Made by a program: the position numbers and the translations under genes. Shown piece by piece: positions 1 through 8,016 of a stretch of DNA of 64,000 nucleotides (positions within the stretch are counted from its first letter, which is position 1; the number at the start of each line of letters is the position of its first letter). A model generated the notes under the pieces. The model searched no databases. It saw only the letters and a list, made by a program, of their open reading frames with translations, and was not told the DNA's origin. Source of the stretch: a virus; the IMG/VR virus record IMGVR_UViG_3300045988_042432, one strand, 5' to 3'.

Positions 1-184
1 CTAATGTATTATATAATTTAATAAAATCTTCTCCTTTATATTCACATACACATTCATTATCCTTATTAAAGATAGTAAGCATGTGCATATCCTTAGATTG
101 TCCATTGTCTACATAAGAATACATCCCGTGTACCAATACGTATTCGGGATGTTTCTCATTCCAGTTATTTACAAGTTCCTTCAT
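1..184 (-). CDS. hypothetical protein, 3'-partial (runs off window start)
   Basis: Own reading of the minus strand. ATG at 184-182 (MKELVNNWNEKHPEYVLVHGMYSYVDNG...) stays open to position 1. The start overlaps the 3' end of the upstream gene. Confidence 0.4.
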   Translation of the reverse strand, partial: MKELVNNWNEKHPEYVLVHGMYSYVDNGQSKDMHMLTIFNKDNECVCEYKGEDFIKLYNTL

Positions 185-395
185 CACTAAGTGTTATTCC
201 ATTACTAGCATAAGATATAAATGTACCTGTGTCATATGGTCTCCAGCCACTATTATCTCTACGTATAGTAGTTGTCTGTCCTACGTTAAATTGTGGAATC
301 TCTACTATGTTATCAAGAACTCTAAATAAGTCCTCTATTGATAAGTTTGGAAGTATCTGATGTAAATTCTCTAATGTCTTTCTAACGTCAATCAT
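165..395 (-). CDS. hypothetical protein
   Basis: Track ORF 165..425. The internal ATG at 395 overlaps the upstream stop (ATGATTGA), which fits translational coupling. Confidence 0.5.
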   Translation of the reverse strand: MIDVRKTLENLHQILPNLSIEDLFRVLDNIVEIPQFNVGQTTTIRRDNSGWRPYDTGTFISYASNGITLSDEGTCK

Positions 396-627
396 AATAG
401 TATATTTTAGCAAATTGTACATCACCTATACTAATATTAGGCAGTAGTACCTTGTGTAGTTCTGTAGATTCAAATGTATCTTTATATTCCCTAGGAACTA
501 ACAGAGTATCAACATGATGTCCTCTAGATATTCTAGCTAGATAGGAGATTTTACTGTCATCAAAGTCTGTAAGTTCCAACATAATGGCATTATGATGCCT
601 AGGACAATTTCCACTAAGTATTATCAT
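388..627 (-). CDS. hypothetical protein (79 aa)
   Basis: Track ORF that tiles with its neighbours. Confidence 0.5.
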   Translation of the reverse strand: MIILSGNCPRHHNAIMLELTDFDDSKISYLARISRGHHVDTLLVPREYKDTFESTELHKVLLPNISIGDVQFAKIYYYD

Positions 628-629
628 AA

Positions 630-788
630 TTACTTCTCCTGTAGTAAGATTCTCATCTCTTCCTTCCAGTTCTTATACCACTGTTCATTAATAAGGTCTT
701 CTGATTCAATTAATTCAATCAAATCCTTAGTGCCATTATGAATTTGGCTACATAAATACTGTGCTAATTGGTTCTTTAATTCATCCAT
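630..788 (-). CDS. small hypothetical protein (52 aa)
   Basis: Own translation: MDELKNQLAQYLCSQIHNGTKDLIELIESEDLINEQWYKNWKEEMRILLQEK*. It fills the gap between track ORFs and is below the track size cutoff. Confidence 0.4.
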   Translation of the reverse strand: MDELKNQLAQYLCSQIHNGTKDLIELIESEDLINEQWYKNWKEEMRILLQEK

Positions 789-793
789 AATTA

Positions 794-991
794 TTAGTCT
801 TTAGTTTTAACATAAAGTTGGCAATGGCAAGTCCCTTCTTCCATTTCCCTAAACTCTTTACACATACATACTGTATCTTCATCTCTTACTAAAGAGCATG
901 GACAATACTTCTTACCATACTTCTCTTTATTCCTTTTAAGTCCTGCTAGGACTGTTTCCTTTACTTCTTTATTATCAGTTACTTTAATCAT
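794..991 (-). CDS. small Cys-rich protein, ferredoxin-thioredoxin-reductase catalytic-subunit-like
   Basis: Track ORF of 65 aa. The CPC-x9-CMC-x10-CHC spacing resembles the CPC...CxC...CHC cluster motif of FTR catalytic subunits, from memory. Confidence 0.45.
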   Translation of the reverse strand: MIKVTDNKEVKETVLAGLKRNKEKYGKKYCPCSLVRDEDTVCMCKEFREMEEGTCHCQLYVKTKD

Positions 992-1635
992 TGCGCTGAC
1001 GCTGTATACAGTTCTATGTTTAGGTCTATTTCCCCACCAGTAAATCTAAATACTCTACCAGAATTATTCATTTTGACCCACCTTCCAGATGAAGGGAATG
1101 TTACTCCTTCTGCCCAATTCTCAGATTGAGAATCTACTGCTAATGTAATTTGAGACACTTGCCTAAGCATCACGTATCCCTCAAAACGTATCCAAACAGG
1201 TGTATTATATGGGTCTTGGTTAGAAGGTGCTAATTTCTCTAAGTAATATTTAAGAGGATTTGCTAAAGTCTTAGTGTACGTTCGTTCTCCTTGCTCTAAT
1301 CTTGGAGTAATTGCAAAGTACATAGTATTGTCAGAATACGTAAACGGCTCTCCATTCACTGAACTCTCATTAACAAATGAGAAACGTACTCTAAATTGCT
1401 GTATATTATTAATTGGCATATCCTGCCAACCATAATGAAGGATTACATTTGGAGCAGTTATAGCTGCCTCTATACCTTCTAACTCCACTAACTGATTATC
1501 AGTATAACTAAATCCACTTTTAATCTGACATCCTAATTCAAGTGCTCTAGCTTTAGTACAGCACTTATTATCAATTACCGAGAGAGTCCCCCCCCCCATA
1601 GTCTTAGCTTCTAATTCTGTTGCTATTTTACTCAT
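988..1635 (-). CDS. hypothetical protein (215 aa)
   Basis: Track ORF that contains the G9 tract encoding GGG (residues 14-16). Confidence 0.65.
   Translation of the reverse strand: MSKIATELEAKTMGGGTLSVIDNKCCTKARALELGCQIKSGFSYTDNQLVELEGIEAAITAPNVILHYGWQDMPINNIQQFRVRFSFVNESSVNGEPFTYSDNTMYFAITPRLEQGERTYTKTLANPLKYYLEKLAPSNQDPYNTPVWIRFEGYVMLRQVSQITLAVDSQSENWAEGVTFPSSGRWVKMNNSGRVFRFTGGEIDLNIELYTASAQ
1587..1595 (-). repeat. homopolymer, C9 on + strand (G9 in the coding strand)
   Basis: Read directly: gagagtCCCCCCCCCatag. It lies near the 5' end of CDS 988..1635. Confidence 0.9.
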
Positions 1636-1897
1636 GGTTCTTGTATCGTTCTGTAATATTAATTAAATCCTTGTTGTCATGCAGTAACTCTAAGAAAGCC
1701 TTGTCTACTGCTATATCAAATGCAGTATTAGTAATGATTGGTTCTTTATGCACTCTCTCAATCTCTTCTCTAATCATTTGTTCAGATAATTGAGTGTATA
1801 ATCGTCTGGTATAATCATTATACCAAGGCTCTTTAAATGTTACTATAATTTCTTCTCCTGTCATAAATATATTGTCTTTAGTAATCCAGGTAGGCAA
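1628..1897 (-). CDS. hypothetical protein
   Basis: Track ORF of 89 aa with a TTG start in the track. The first ATG is codon 12, so the start is uncertain. Confidence 0.45.
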   Translation of the reverse strand: MPTWITKDNIFMTGEEIIVTFKEPWYNDYTRRLYTQLSEQMIREEIERVHKEPIITNTAFDIAVDKAFLELLHDNKDLINITERYKNHE

Positions 1898-1967
1898 TAC
1901 TTCCAGCCTGGATATATGTATGCATTCCTATACAATGCTTCTTCTACTAATTCTACTTCTTGTGTTA

Positions 1968-2279
1968 TCATTGATTAGCCTTTGCTCTTGCTAAATAGTC
2001 TCTAGTTTGCCATCTGCCATCATATTCCATATCCCATGGAGCTACCTTATTTAGTATTTGTAGTAGCTCCTCACCACTTATAGAGTCTCTATGTTTGAGT
2101 GTATGAAGTATTTCATCCTTAAGGTTTCTAATATAGAAGTCTCTCATATGTATGTTAGCATATAATTCCTTTATATAATCCCTCATATACTCTGCTAATT
2201 CATAGTCATTAGTCTTTAATAATTCTAGAGCTCTCTGGTCTACATTATCATAATCACCTGGTATCTGTTCTAGTTTCAT
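1968..2279 (-). CDS. hypothetical protein (103 aa)
   Basis: Track ORF with a TGA stop followed by an in-frame TAA. Confidence 0.6.
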   Translation of the reverse strand: MKLEQIPGDYDNVDQRALELLKTNDYELAEYMRDYIKELYANIHMRDFYIRNLKDEILHTLKHRDSISGEELLQILNKVAPWDMEYDGRWQTRDYLARAKANQ

Positions 2280-2650
2280 TGAAGTTTCTCTAAGTTCTTT
2301 ACTATCGTGAATAGCTCATCTGGTTCGAATGATGTGATATCATTAATAACATCAACCATATACTCTTTAACTTCATCTAGAGTCATTATTTTAAATTCAT
2401 CCTTAGATAGACCTTTAGTTTTGATAAATTTACTAAATATGTCTATAATCTGGACTAAGTTGTGCTTATCTTGTAAATAGAACTCACCCTTCTCTGGATG
2501 AGATGCTAATTTAAATATATCTGCATTGTCTGTAATTACTTGTTCATATTCCTCATCACTAAGAAGATTCATTAACGCTACAGCTTTATCATATAGCAAT
2601 TTAACTTCCTTCTCTTCATACTGCTTATTAATTCTATCAATATGTCTCAT
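2276..2650 (-). CDS. hypothetical protein (124 aa)
   Basis: Track ORF with a 4-nt overlap with the downstream gene. Confidence 0.6.
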   Translation of the reverse strand: MRHIDRINKQYEEKEVKLLYDKAVALMNLLSDEEYEQVITDNADIFKLASHPEKGEFYLQDKHNLVQIIDIFSKFIKTKGLSKDEFKIMTLDEVKEYMVDVINDITSFEPDELFTIVKNLEKLQ

Positions 2651-2652
2651 TA

Positions 2653-2907
2653 TTAGCGAATGTTATTATAAATGCAAGATAGTTGCATTAAATATTCAAT
2701 ACCAGCTCCATTAGCTAGTCCGTCTTGCAATTTATTTAATAATTCTAATTTTACATCTGTTGTTTTATTGTCTAACTTCACCCAGTTAGTTGCCTTTGAT
2801 TCATTACATCCTAAATCAGTATTTACTGGACATTCTGACAAACTAGTCTTTAATATTTTTACTTCATCTACTTCTTTACTTGTTAAGTCTTTAACTTCTT
2901 TAGCCAT
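2653..2907 (-). CDS. hypothetical protein (84 aa), first gene of the minus-strand block
   Basis: Track ORF next to the divergent intergenic region. Confidence 0.6.
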   Translation of the reverse strand: MAKEVKDLTSKEVDEVKILKTSLSECPVNTDLGCNESKATNWVKLDNKTTDVKLELLNKLQDGLANGAGIEYLMQLSCIYNNIR

Positions 2908-3039
2908 TGGTATAAATTTTAGTTATTGTTAATAATTCTGATTTAAGTTCGCAAATATATTATTATTTAATTTGACAATACAAAATTAGTTATATATTTC
3001 AATATTACCAAATGGTAATATAATTATTAATATATATTA

Positions 3040-3053
3040 TATATTGCCAACTC
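3040..3053 (+). repeat. TATATTGCCAACTC 14-mer, copy 1
   Basis: Exact 14-mer. Together with downstream TAATAT it resembles TTGCCA-N16-TAATAT. Confidence 0.85.
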
Positions 3054-3054
3054 A

Positions 3055-3070
3055 AATTCACAGTTAATAT
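3055..3070 (+). repeat. AATTCACAGTTAATAT 16-mer, copy 1 (copy 2 at 15018-15033)
   Basis: Exact 16-nt match between the two loci, read directly. Confidence 0.85.
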
Positions 3071-3074
3071 TAAG

Positions 3075-3088
3075 TATATTGCCAACTC
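3075..3088 (+). repeat. TATATTGCCAACTC 14-mer, copy 2
   Basis: Exact 14-mer, followed by a GC-rich hairpin (GCCCCttcgGGGC). Confidence 0.85.
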
Positions 3089-3166
3089 GGAACTTCATGA
3101 CGTGCTGTGGCAATCTGCGCCCCTTCGGGGCTTGCTTGCAATTAGTAAGATGAATAGAAATTAATA

Positions 3167-3180
3167 TATATTGCCAACTC
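3167..3180 (+). repeat. TATATTGCCAACTC 14-mer, copy 3
   Basis: Exact 14-mer, followed by a hairpin (CCCACtcccggGGTGGG). Confidence 0.85.
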
Positions 3181-3238
3181 ACAAGTACGGGTGCTCAAAA
3201 TCACACCCCTCCCACTCCCGGGGTGGGTTGTCATATTA

Positions 3239-3252
3239 TATATTGCCAACTC
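3239..3252 (+). repeat. TATATTGCCAACTC 14-mer, copy 4
   Basis: Exact 14-mer. Confidence 0.85.
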
Positions 3253-3281
3253 GGATGCTGGGTGAATATTGCAAGATTTGT

Positions 3282-3295
3282 GTATATTGCGGATA
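3282..3295 (+). repeat. degenerate 14-mer copy (TATATTGCGGATAC)
   Basis: The first 8 nt are identical to the 14-mer. Confidence 0.5.
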
Positions 3296-3507
3296 CGACA
3301 GTCGTGTTACCCCTCACACCCCTCACCCATGTTTGGAGAAAATCAAAAGATTTATATCATTTGGTTTTGCTTTATAATATTCATTTTAAAATTATTAGCT
3401 TATGTACACTATTTTATCAAACGGTTTAGTTCGTGTCAATCTTACAGGTTGTTATATCACAATGTCAGAATATAAAGAACTAATTGCAAACGTATAAAAT
3501 TAAATCA

Positions 3508-3531
3508 AGAACGGGTAAATAAGCCCGTTCT
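3508..3531 (+). promoter_or_regulatory. 8-bp hairpin upstream of the first + strand gene
   Basis: AGAACGGG-taaataag-CCCGTTCT, 30 nt upstream of ATG 3561. Confidence 0.4.
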
Positions 3532-3560
3532 ATATTGTTTCACTAATAAATTATTAAACT

Positions 3561-4043
3561 ATGAATTTAGCAGAATTACAAGAAGTTAACAAGAAGTTAC
3601 CGAAAGCAAGCAAAAACGAAATTGCGGCAGCTTTAAACCGTTTGGGTGTGAATCCTGATTCTATCAAGGTAGGCGACAAATTGAAGTTTCCCGCTGAAAT
3701 TAACGAATTTAACGGAACAATCACAAAAGGAGTTGTGAACGGTAATACATTCTTTCAAGTTGCAGTAGAGGTTAACGGAACGGCAAGAAACGTGTCTATC
3801 AATTCTTTGTTCCGGTCTTTTAACGACCGTGAAAACAACAAGCGTATTACACCGGTTGACATTCTTCCAGAGGCGGACAAAGACAAATGTATTTTCAATA
3901 TGTTTGAAAATAAGACAATAGCGGAATGTCTTGCAGATTTACAAGGTACGGAAGTAACCGCAAAGGCGATAGAAACGTTTGAAAGCGTCGCAAGAGACGG
4001 CAACCAAATGAACGTAAATGTCATTGCATATTGCAAGGAATAA
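3561..4043 (+). CDS. hypothetical protein (160 aa)
   Basis: Track ORF that is visibly more GC-rich than its neighbours. Confidence 0.65.
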   Translation: MNLAELQEVNKKLPKASKNEIAAALNRLGVNPDSIKVGDKLKFPAEINEFNGTITKGVVNGNTFFQVAVEVNGTARNVSINSLFRSFNDRENNKRITPVDILPEADKDKCIFNMFENKTIAECLADLQGTEVTAKAIETFESVARDGNQMNVNVIAYCKE

Positions 4044-4060
4044 CAAAGTACTTCTTATTG

Positions 4061-4099
4061 AAAGGCACATTTAGAAAGTCTATTTGTGTCTTTCTTTTT
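4061..4099 (+). terminator. putative intrinsic terminator
   Basis: AAAGGCACA...TGTGTCTTT stem of about 9 bp followed by CTTTTT. Confidence 0.45.
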
Positions 4100-4150
4100 A
4101 TCATGCTTATTCAGATATATTTGTTAGTATGTAGTTAGCTGAATAGTGAA

Positions 4151-4348
4151 ATGAAAGCGAAGAAATCAAAATTAAGAACTGTATTTGGACGTAATCGGAA
4201 CGATGCAATTCATGCAAATAATGGTATAATGTATAAACTGACAAATCCTCTGTTTGAGGAAGCAGTAGGCTATTATTTGCTTGAACAAATCTCCACTTGG
4301 AGTGGGACGAGATATAAAGTACTAAAGTACGTAGTTCAGACCGTTTGA
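4151..4348 (+). CDS. hypothetical protein (65 aa)
   Basis: Track ORF. Confidence 0.45.
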   Translation: MKAKKSKLRTVFGRNRNDAIHANNGIMYKLTNPLFEEAVGYYLLEQISTWSGTRYKVLKYVVQTV

Positions 4349-4440
4349 ATGTGTAAAATGAATATTATTAAGAGTATGTAGGTCTGTGATAGATATGCAT
4401 ACTCACCTTTTGTTTGAGTTGACAATAATACTATATATTT

Positions 4441-4695
4441 ATGGACTACATCGAAGACGATTTCACAGATGCTCTAATTGATGCAATTTGTGAGAAATCA
4501 CCAAGCACTTGGTATACCTTAATAGGAGAGAACTTTGACCCAGACGAAGAGACAATAGTCAAGGAAGCTGACAATAAGAAGGACATTGAAGATGCATTTA
4601 ATGAAAGCAAAGACGACTTTGATTTATTATATGTAGTACTTAATGATGAATCTTATGCGGCATGTTCCAAAGGCTCTAAACTTATTTGGAAGTAA
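4441..4695 (+). CDS. acidic hypothetical protein (84 aa)
   Basis: Track ORF. Confidence 0.55.
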   Translation: MDYIEDDFTDALIDAICEKSPSTWYTLIGENFDPDEETIVKEADNKKDIEDAFNESKDDFDLLYVVLNDESYAACSKGSKLIWK

Positions 4696-4706
4696 ATAAC
4701 GATTAA

Positions 4707-4733
4707 AACCTCATGGTGTATAGGTTAACCATG
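4707..4733 (+). promoter_or_regulatory. start-codon leader motif, copy 1 (AACCT + hairpin with GTATAGGTTA loop)
   Basis: AACCT 4707-4711; stem CATGGT 4712-4717 / ACCATG 4728-4733. The loop AGGTT is complementary to the upstream AACCT. ATG 4731 lies in the 3' arm. Confidence 0.6.
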
Positions 4734-5030
4734 CGCACATTTATGGTATTCGAATACGTTCATTCAAGCGGAATTAAACTACGTCCAGCTAGACCTTTGA
4801 CTAACAGCATATTATACATTTACAATCCAATTGGCAACGAATGGATGCATTTGTGTAAAGAGGACATACATGGACATCTAGAGCTATTGACATGCTTTAG
4901 TAATGGTGCTACTATGTATCAAGTAATTGAAGGTCTTAAGAAGGTAGTAGAGTACTGGGGAGATGACTATCTCGTAGGTCGCAGAGACTTTTACAAAGAG
5001 ATTATAGACATCTATTCCTCACACCGATAA
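4731..5030 (+). CDS. hypothetical protein
   Basis: Track ORF 4713..5030. ATG 4731 is preferred by analogy with the other four motif-bearing genes; 4713 is the alternative. Confidence 0.55.
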   Translation: MRTFMVFEYVHSSGIKLRPARPLTNSILYIYNPIGNEWMHLCKEDIHGHLELLTCFSNGATMYQVIEGLKKVVEYWGDDYLVGRRDFYKEIIDIYSSHR

Positions 5031-5269
5031 CATCACAGGGTTTAGCTCTTCTAAGTAGTTGCAAATGCTTGGAATCCTTTACGTGCAAAATGGACATAAT
5101 GCATGTATTGCCCAAATTAAAACGTTCCTGTTTCACGCGTTAAAGCAGGAGTCCATTATGGTTGTTTTAATTACATTAATCTTTAAGTTTTAAACAGCGT
5201 CCTACATTGTTTGTGGGTTTTGGTATGGCTCCTCTGCCAAGTAATGCGTACAAAGAGCCACTAATCAAA

Positions 5270-5295
5270 AACCTCACACTGAATAGGTAAAGTGT
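5270..5295 (+). promoter_or_regulatory. start-codon leader motif, copy 2
   Basis: AACCT, then stem ACACT/AGTGT with loop GAATAGGTAA. ATG 5304 is 9 nt downstream. Confidence 0.6.
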
Positions 5296-5303
5296 ACATA
5301 GTT

Positions 5304-5591
5304 ATGAGTAAATACGATGATTATCACAGAGTTGACAATAGATATACCACAGCTATAGGAATGAGCGTGTGGAGATTCTTTAATATTGGCAAATATAAGA
5401 ATCAGAAAGTAAAAGACGTCTGTTACTCCAATCCATTCTATGTAGCATGGTGTCTGGAGAACTGGCAAGGATTCAGTCTTACTAGCTACGAACGTTCCAA
5501 TTACATGAAAGGATTAGAACGTCAGTTAGAGAAAGACCCTGAAGACCAAGAACTCATCTTAAAGGTGAGTAAATGTAAAACCATTGTATGA
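5304..5591 (+). CDS. hypothetical protein
   Basis: Track ORF 5292..5591 uses GTG. The first ATG is at 5304 (MSKYDDYHRV...). Confidence 0.55.
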   Translation: MSKYDDYHRVDNRYTTAIGMSVWRFFNIGKYKNQKVKDVCYSNPFYVAWCLENWQGFSLTSYERSNYMKGLERQLEKDPEDQELILKVSKCKTIV

Positions 5592-5890
5592 TTATTTTTA
5601 CAGAAATGATATAGTCATCCACCATAATGGGTACGCCCGGAGACTAATGCAGAGCATCTCTTATACCAAACAGTATCTTCCTTTAATACTGGAGAGATGT
5701 CTTATCGTGAGATAAGGCAAAGGAGTGTGGCACAGGAAGGTGGATTCCTTTACTTGTAATAATATTTTTGTTCGTTTTATTACAGCATATCCTCCCGTGA
5801 CGGGAGTGGCATCATGACTAAGCCTTTACGTGGCGATGCTATAAGTAAGTCAATAGACTGAAACTAATTAGTCATAATTAACCATTAAAG

Positions 5891-5915
5891 ACCTCACAAC
5901 GTATAGGTAAGTTGT
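5891..5915 (+). promoter_or_regulatory. start-codon leader motif, copy 3
   Basis: ACCT, then stem ACAAC/GTTGT with loop GTATAGGTAA. ATG 5924 follows. Confidence 0.6.
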
Positions 5916-5923
5916 AGTAAATC

Positions 5924-6214
5924 ATGAAACAGTATTTTTATTTAGTGACTAAATTAGTAAATGGAGAACTGACTCCACTTAGAATCTTTTTGCAATATAA
6001 GCTAGCCATTAGATTTGGAAGAAATTACGCAACTAAACACCCATATGCTTTAGTAGGTTTACACAAACAAGTAATATCTAACAGTGCAGACATTACTTGG
6101 ATATGTAATCTATATCCTTGGAATCAGGTAGAACCAGACATGATTGAAGCGGAAGAGGAGGTAATGCTTGATATCCTTGCTGATAACAACATGCTTATTG
6201 ACCGTAAATCTTGA
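5924..6214 (+). CDS. hypothetical protein (96 aa)
   Basis: Track ORF. Confidence 0.55.
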   Translation: MKQYFYLVTKLVNGELTPLRIFLQYKLAIRFGRNYATKHPYALVGLHKQVISNSADITWICNLYPWNQVEPDMIEAEEEVMLDILADNNMLIDRKS

Positions 6215-6244
6215 TTACATCATTAATAATTAACGTTTCACTAA

Positions 6245-6270
6245 AACCTTGCATTGTATAGGTAAAATGC
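6245..6270 (+). promoter_or_regulatory. start-codon leader motif, copy 4
   Basis: AACCT, then stem GCATT/AATGC with loop GTATAGGTAA. ATG 6271 abuts the 3' arm. Confidence 0.6.
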
Positions 6271-7098
6271 ATGAAGATTATGGAATTATCACTTGTTAAC
6301 AAACTGAAACAATTACCAATCGAACCGACTTACGTGGTTACAGAGAAGAATGCCGACATATTGAACGGCCTTCATCTTCTTGAGACAAACAGGGAAATTA
6401 AGTCTAACAAGGTAAACGACCTAGTTAAGGCTATTCAAGAAGGGCTCTTCATTCCTCCTATCATTGTGTCTGCTGGAACATTCACTGTCATCGAAGGTGC
6501 TCACAGAACATCTGCATATAGAGAATGCTTGCGCAGAGGTATTCCCTTTACTATGAAGTTGTACTTGGTAAAGGATGTTGAAGCAACCGAAACGTGTATG
6601 CTTATCAATAACACACAGAAGAGTTGGAAGGCAAATGACAGACTCATATCATATGTCAAGCAAAAGAAGAGCTCATACATAATACTGAAATCCTTCATGG
6701 AGAAGCATTCTAAGTATTTCATGAAAGGTACAATGTATAACGTGACGGCAGCTCTAGCACTTCTAAGTCCTCTATCTTCTAATAATGCTGAAGCTGCATT
6801 CAGAGACGGCACCTTGGTTATTACGGAAGAAATGGTGAAGAAAGCTATGCCTACGCTTAATCAACTGAAACTTATTGGCGAAATCCTTGGTGCTAGAAGA
6901 GGTACAGGAGAGGCTGACTTGTCTCCGTTTAGGAGATATAGAATCAAGGATTGGATACGAGCCAGAGATATTATGAATATTTCTGTAGACCAGTTCATGA
7001 ATCGGTTGAAGCGTAGAGTCGATTCCGGTAGGTGGGAAGAACCTTCAGAAAAGAATTGGTTCAATTCTTACATAGAAGTGGCATCGTTAAAACGCTAA
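6271..7098 (+). CDS. ParB-like nuclease domain protein
   Basis: Track ORF of 275 aa. PPIIVSAGTFTVIEGAHRTSAY resembles the ParB/Srx-fold (i-iDG-HR) motif. Confidence 0.5.
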   Translation: MKIMELSLVNKLKQLPIEPTYVVTEKNADILNGLHLLETNREIKSNKVNDLVKAIQEGLFIPPIIVSAGTFTVIEGAHRTSAYRECLRRGIPFTMKLYLVKDVEATETCMLINNTQKSWKANDRLISYVKQKKSSYIILKSFMEKHSKYFMKGTMYNVTAALALLSPLSSNNAEAAFRDGTLVITEEMVKKAMPTLNQLKLIGEILGARRGTGEADLSPFRRYRIKDWIRARDIMNISVDQFMNRLKRRVDSGRWEEPSEKNWFNSYIEVASLKR

Positions 7099-7124
7099 GG
7101 AGTATTACATTTCCATATTTTTAG

Positions 7125-7151
7125 AACCTGGCAGTGAGTAGGTTAACTGCC
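7125..7151 (+). promoter_or_regulatory. start-codon leader motif, copy 5
   Basis: AACCT, then stem GGCAGT/ACTGCC with loop GAGTAGGTTA. ATG 7161 follows. Confidence 0.6.
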
Positions 7152-7160
7152 AACTTATCT

Positions 7161-7673
7161 ATGACTAATGAATTAGCAGAGGAATACAGAGAGCTTAAAC
7201 GTAACTTAATACCCATATTGTTACAGACATGTGGTAAAGAGCGTTTATGTGATGCTGTAGACAAATGGTTATTAGTAAAATCCGGTATCAAAGTAATATC
7301 TAAATCATGGTATGAAGGTGGATTGCCTGGTAAAGAGTATGTGGTAATTAAGGATACTTCAGTACTTGCTAGCTATCCCTCTAAAGGTGCTAATTATGAA
7401 CATCGTCTTGCGAGGTATAGAGCCTACACTAAGGCATTTAACCATGTAAGAGAAGAAGGAATACCTTTGGCTCCTATACAGGTTGATAAATTTACCAAAG
7501 TACTTGTCAATGGAGTAACACTATGCCTTATCGGAACTTTTGAAGGTAAATCAGAGAATGACTTTATCAAAGAGATATCTGGTAAGGTTTACGTAAAGGC
7601 AGGTACTGATTCGGTAGATGTTATTAATCTACAAACTAGAAGAACTAAAAGATATAAAGTTCAGTACACATGA
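7161..7673 (+). CDS. hypothetical protein
   Basis: Track ORF 7134..7673 uses GTG. The first ATG is at 7161. Confidence 0.55.
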   Translation: MTNELAEEYRELKRNLIPILLQTCGKERLCDAVDKWLLVKSGIKVISKSWYEGGLPGKEYVVIKDTSVLASYPSKGANYEHRLARYRAYTKAFNHVREEGIPLAPIQVDKFTKVLVNGVTLCLIGTFEGKSENDFIKEISGKVYVKAGTDSVDVINLQTRRTKRYKVQYT

Positions 7674-8014
7674 AACTATACTTTAACTATACACAGAACT
7701 TCATCCTTGCAGATTGTGAGGGTGAGGTTATTGATATGAGAACTGGTCAGCCCTCTGATGCCAAACTACAATCTCGTCTTAATAGCTACAAAGATGAAAC
7801 TACATCTAAGTGGATTCCTATTAAGGACTTGGGAGATTTGTATGATATGTCAGATAGTGATGTGACAGTTTCTGGCAGCTTAATCACGATGTCCATTGAC
7901 GGACACAAGGTTACAGCTAGACATAAGGTGTCAGCAGGAGTTAATTATGTACAACTGACTGGACACTTCCCTCGCTACTTCTGGAAAGGATTTGCTAACT
8001 TATTAACTAAGTAA
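7670..8014 (+). CDS. hypothetical protein (114 aa)
   Basis: Track ORF with a 4-nt overlap with the upstream gene. Confidence 0.6.
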   Translation: MKLYFNYTQNFILADCEGEVIDMRTGQPSDAKLQSRLNSYKDETTSKWIPIKDLGDLYDMSDSDVTVSGSLITMSIDGHKVTARHKVSAGVNYVQLTGHFPRYFWKGFANLLTK

Positions 8015-8016
8015 CA

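Noticed and set aside
1-2907. In-frame TAG recoding of the minus-strand genes (given the suppressor tRNA).
   Set aside because: Gene boundaries checked here use TGA or TAA with tight start/stop overlaps. The only in-frame TAG found, upstream of the TTG start of 1628..1897, lies in a frame that overlaps the neighbouring gene and has a second TAG. There is no evidence of readthrough in this window.
3171-3475. Three overlapping 68-aa track ORFs in the divergent intergenic region.
   Set aside because: They overlap each other in all three frames across the repeat and hairpin region and have odd composition (Cys, His and Pro rich from GC hairpins). The region behaves as regulatory DNA.
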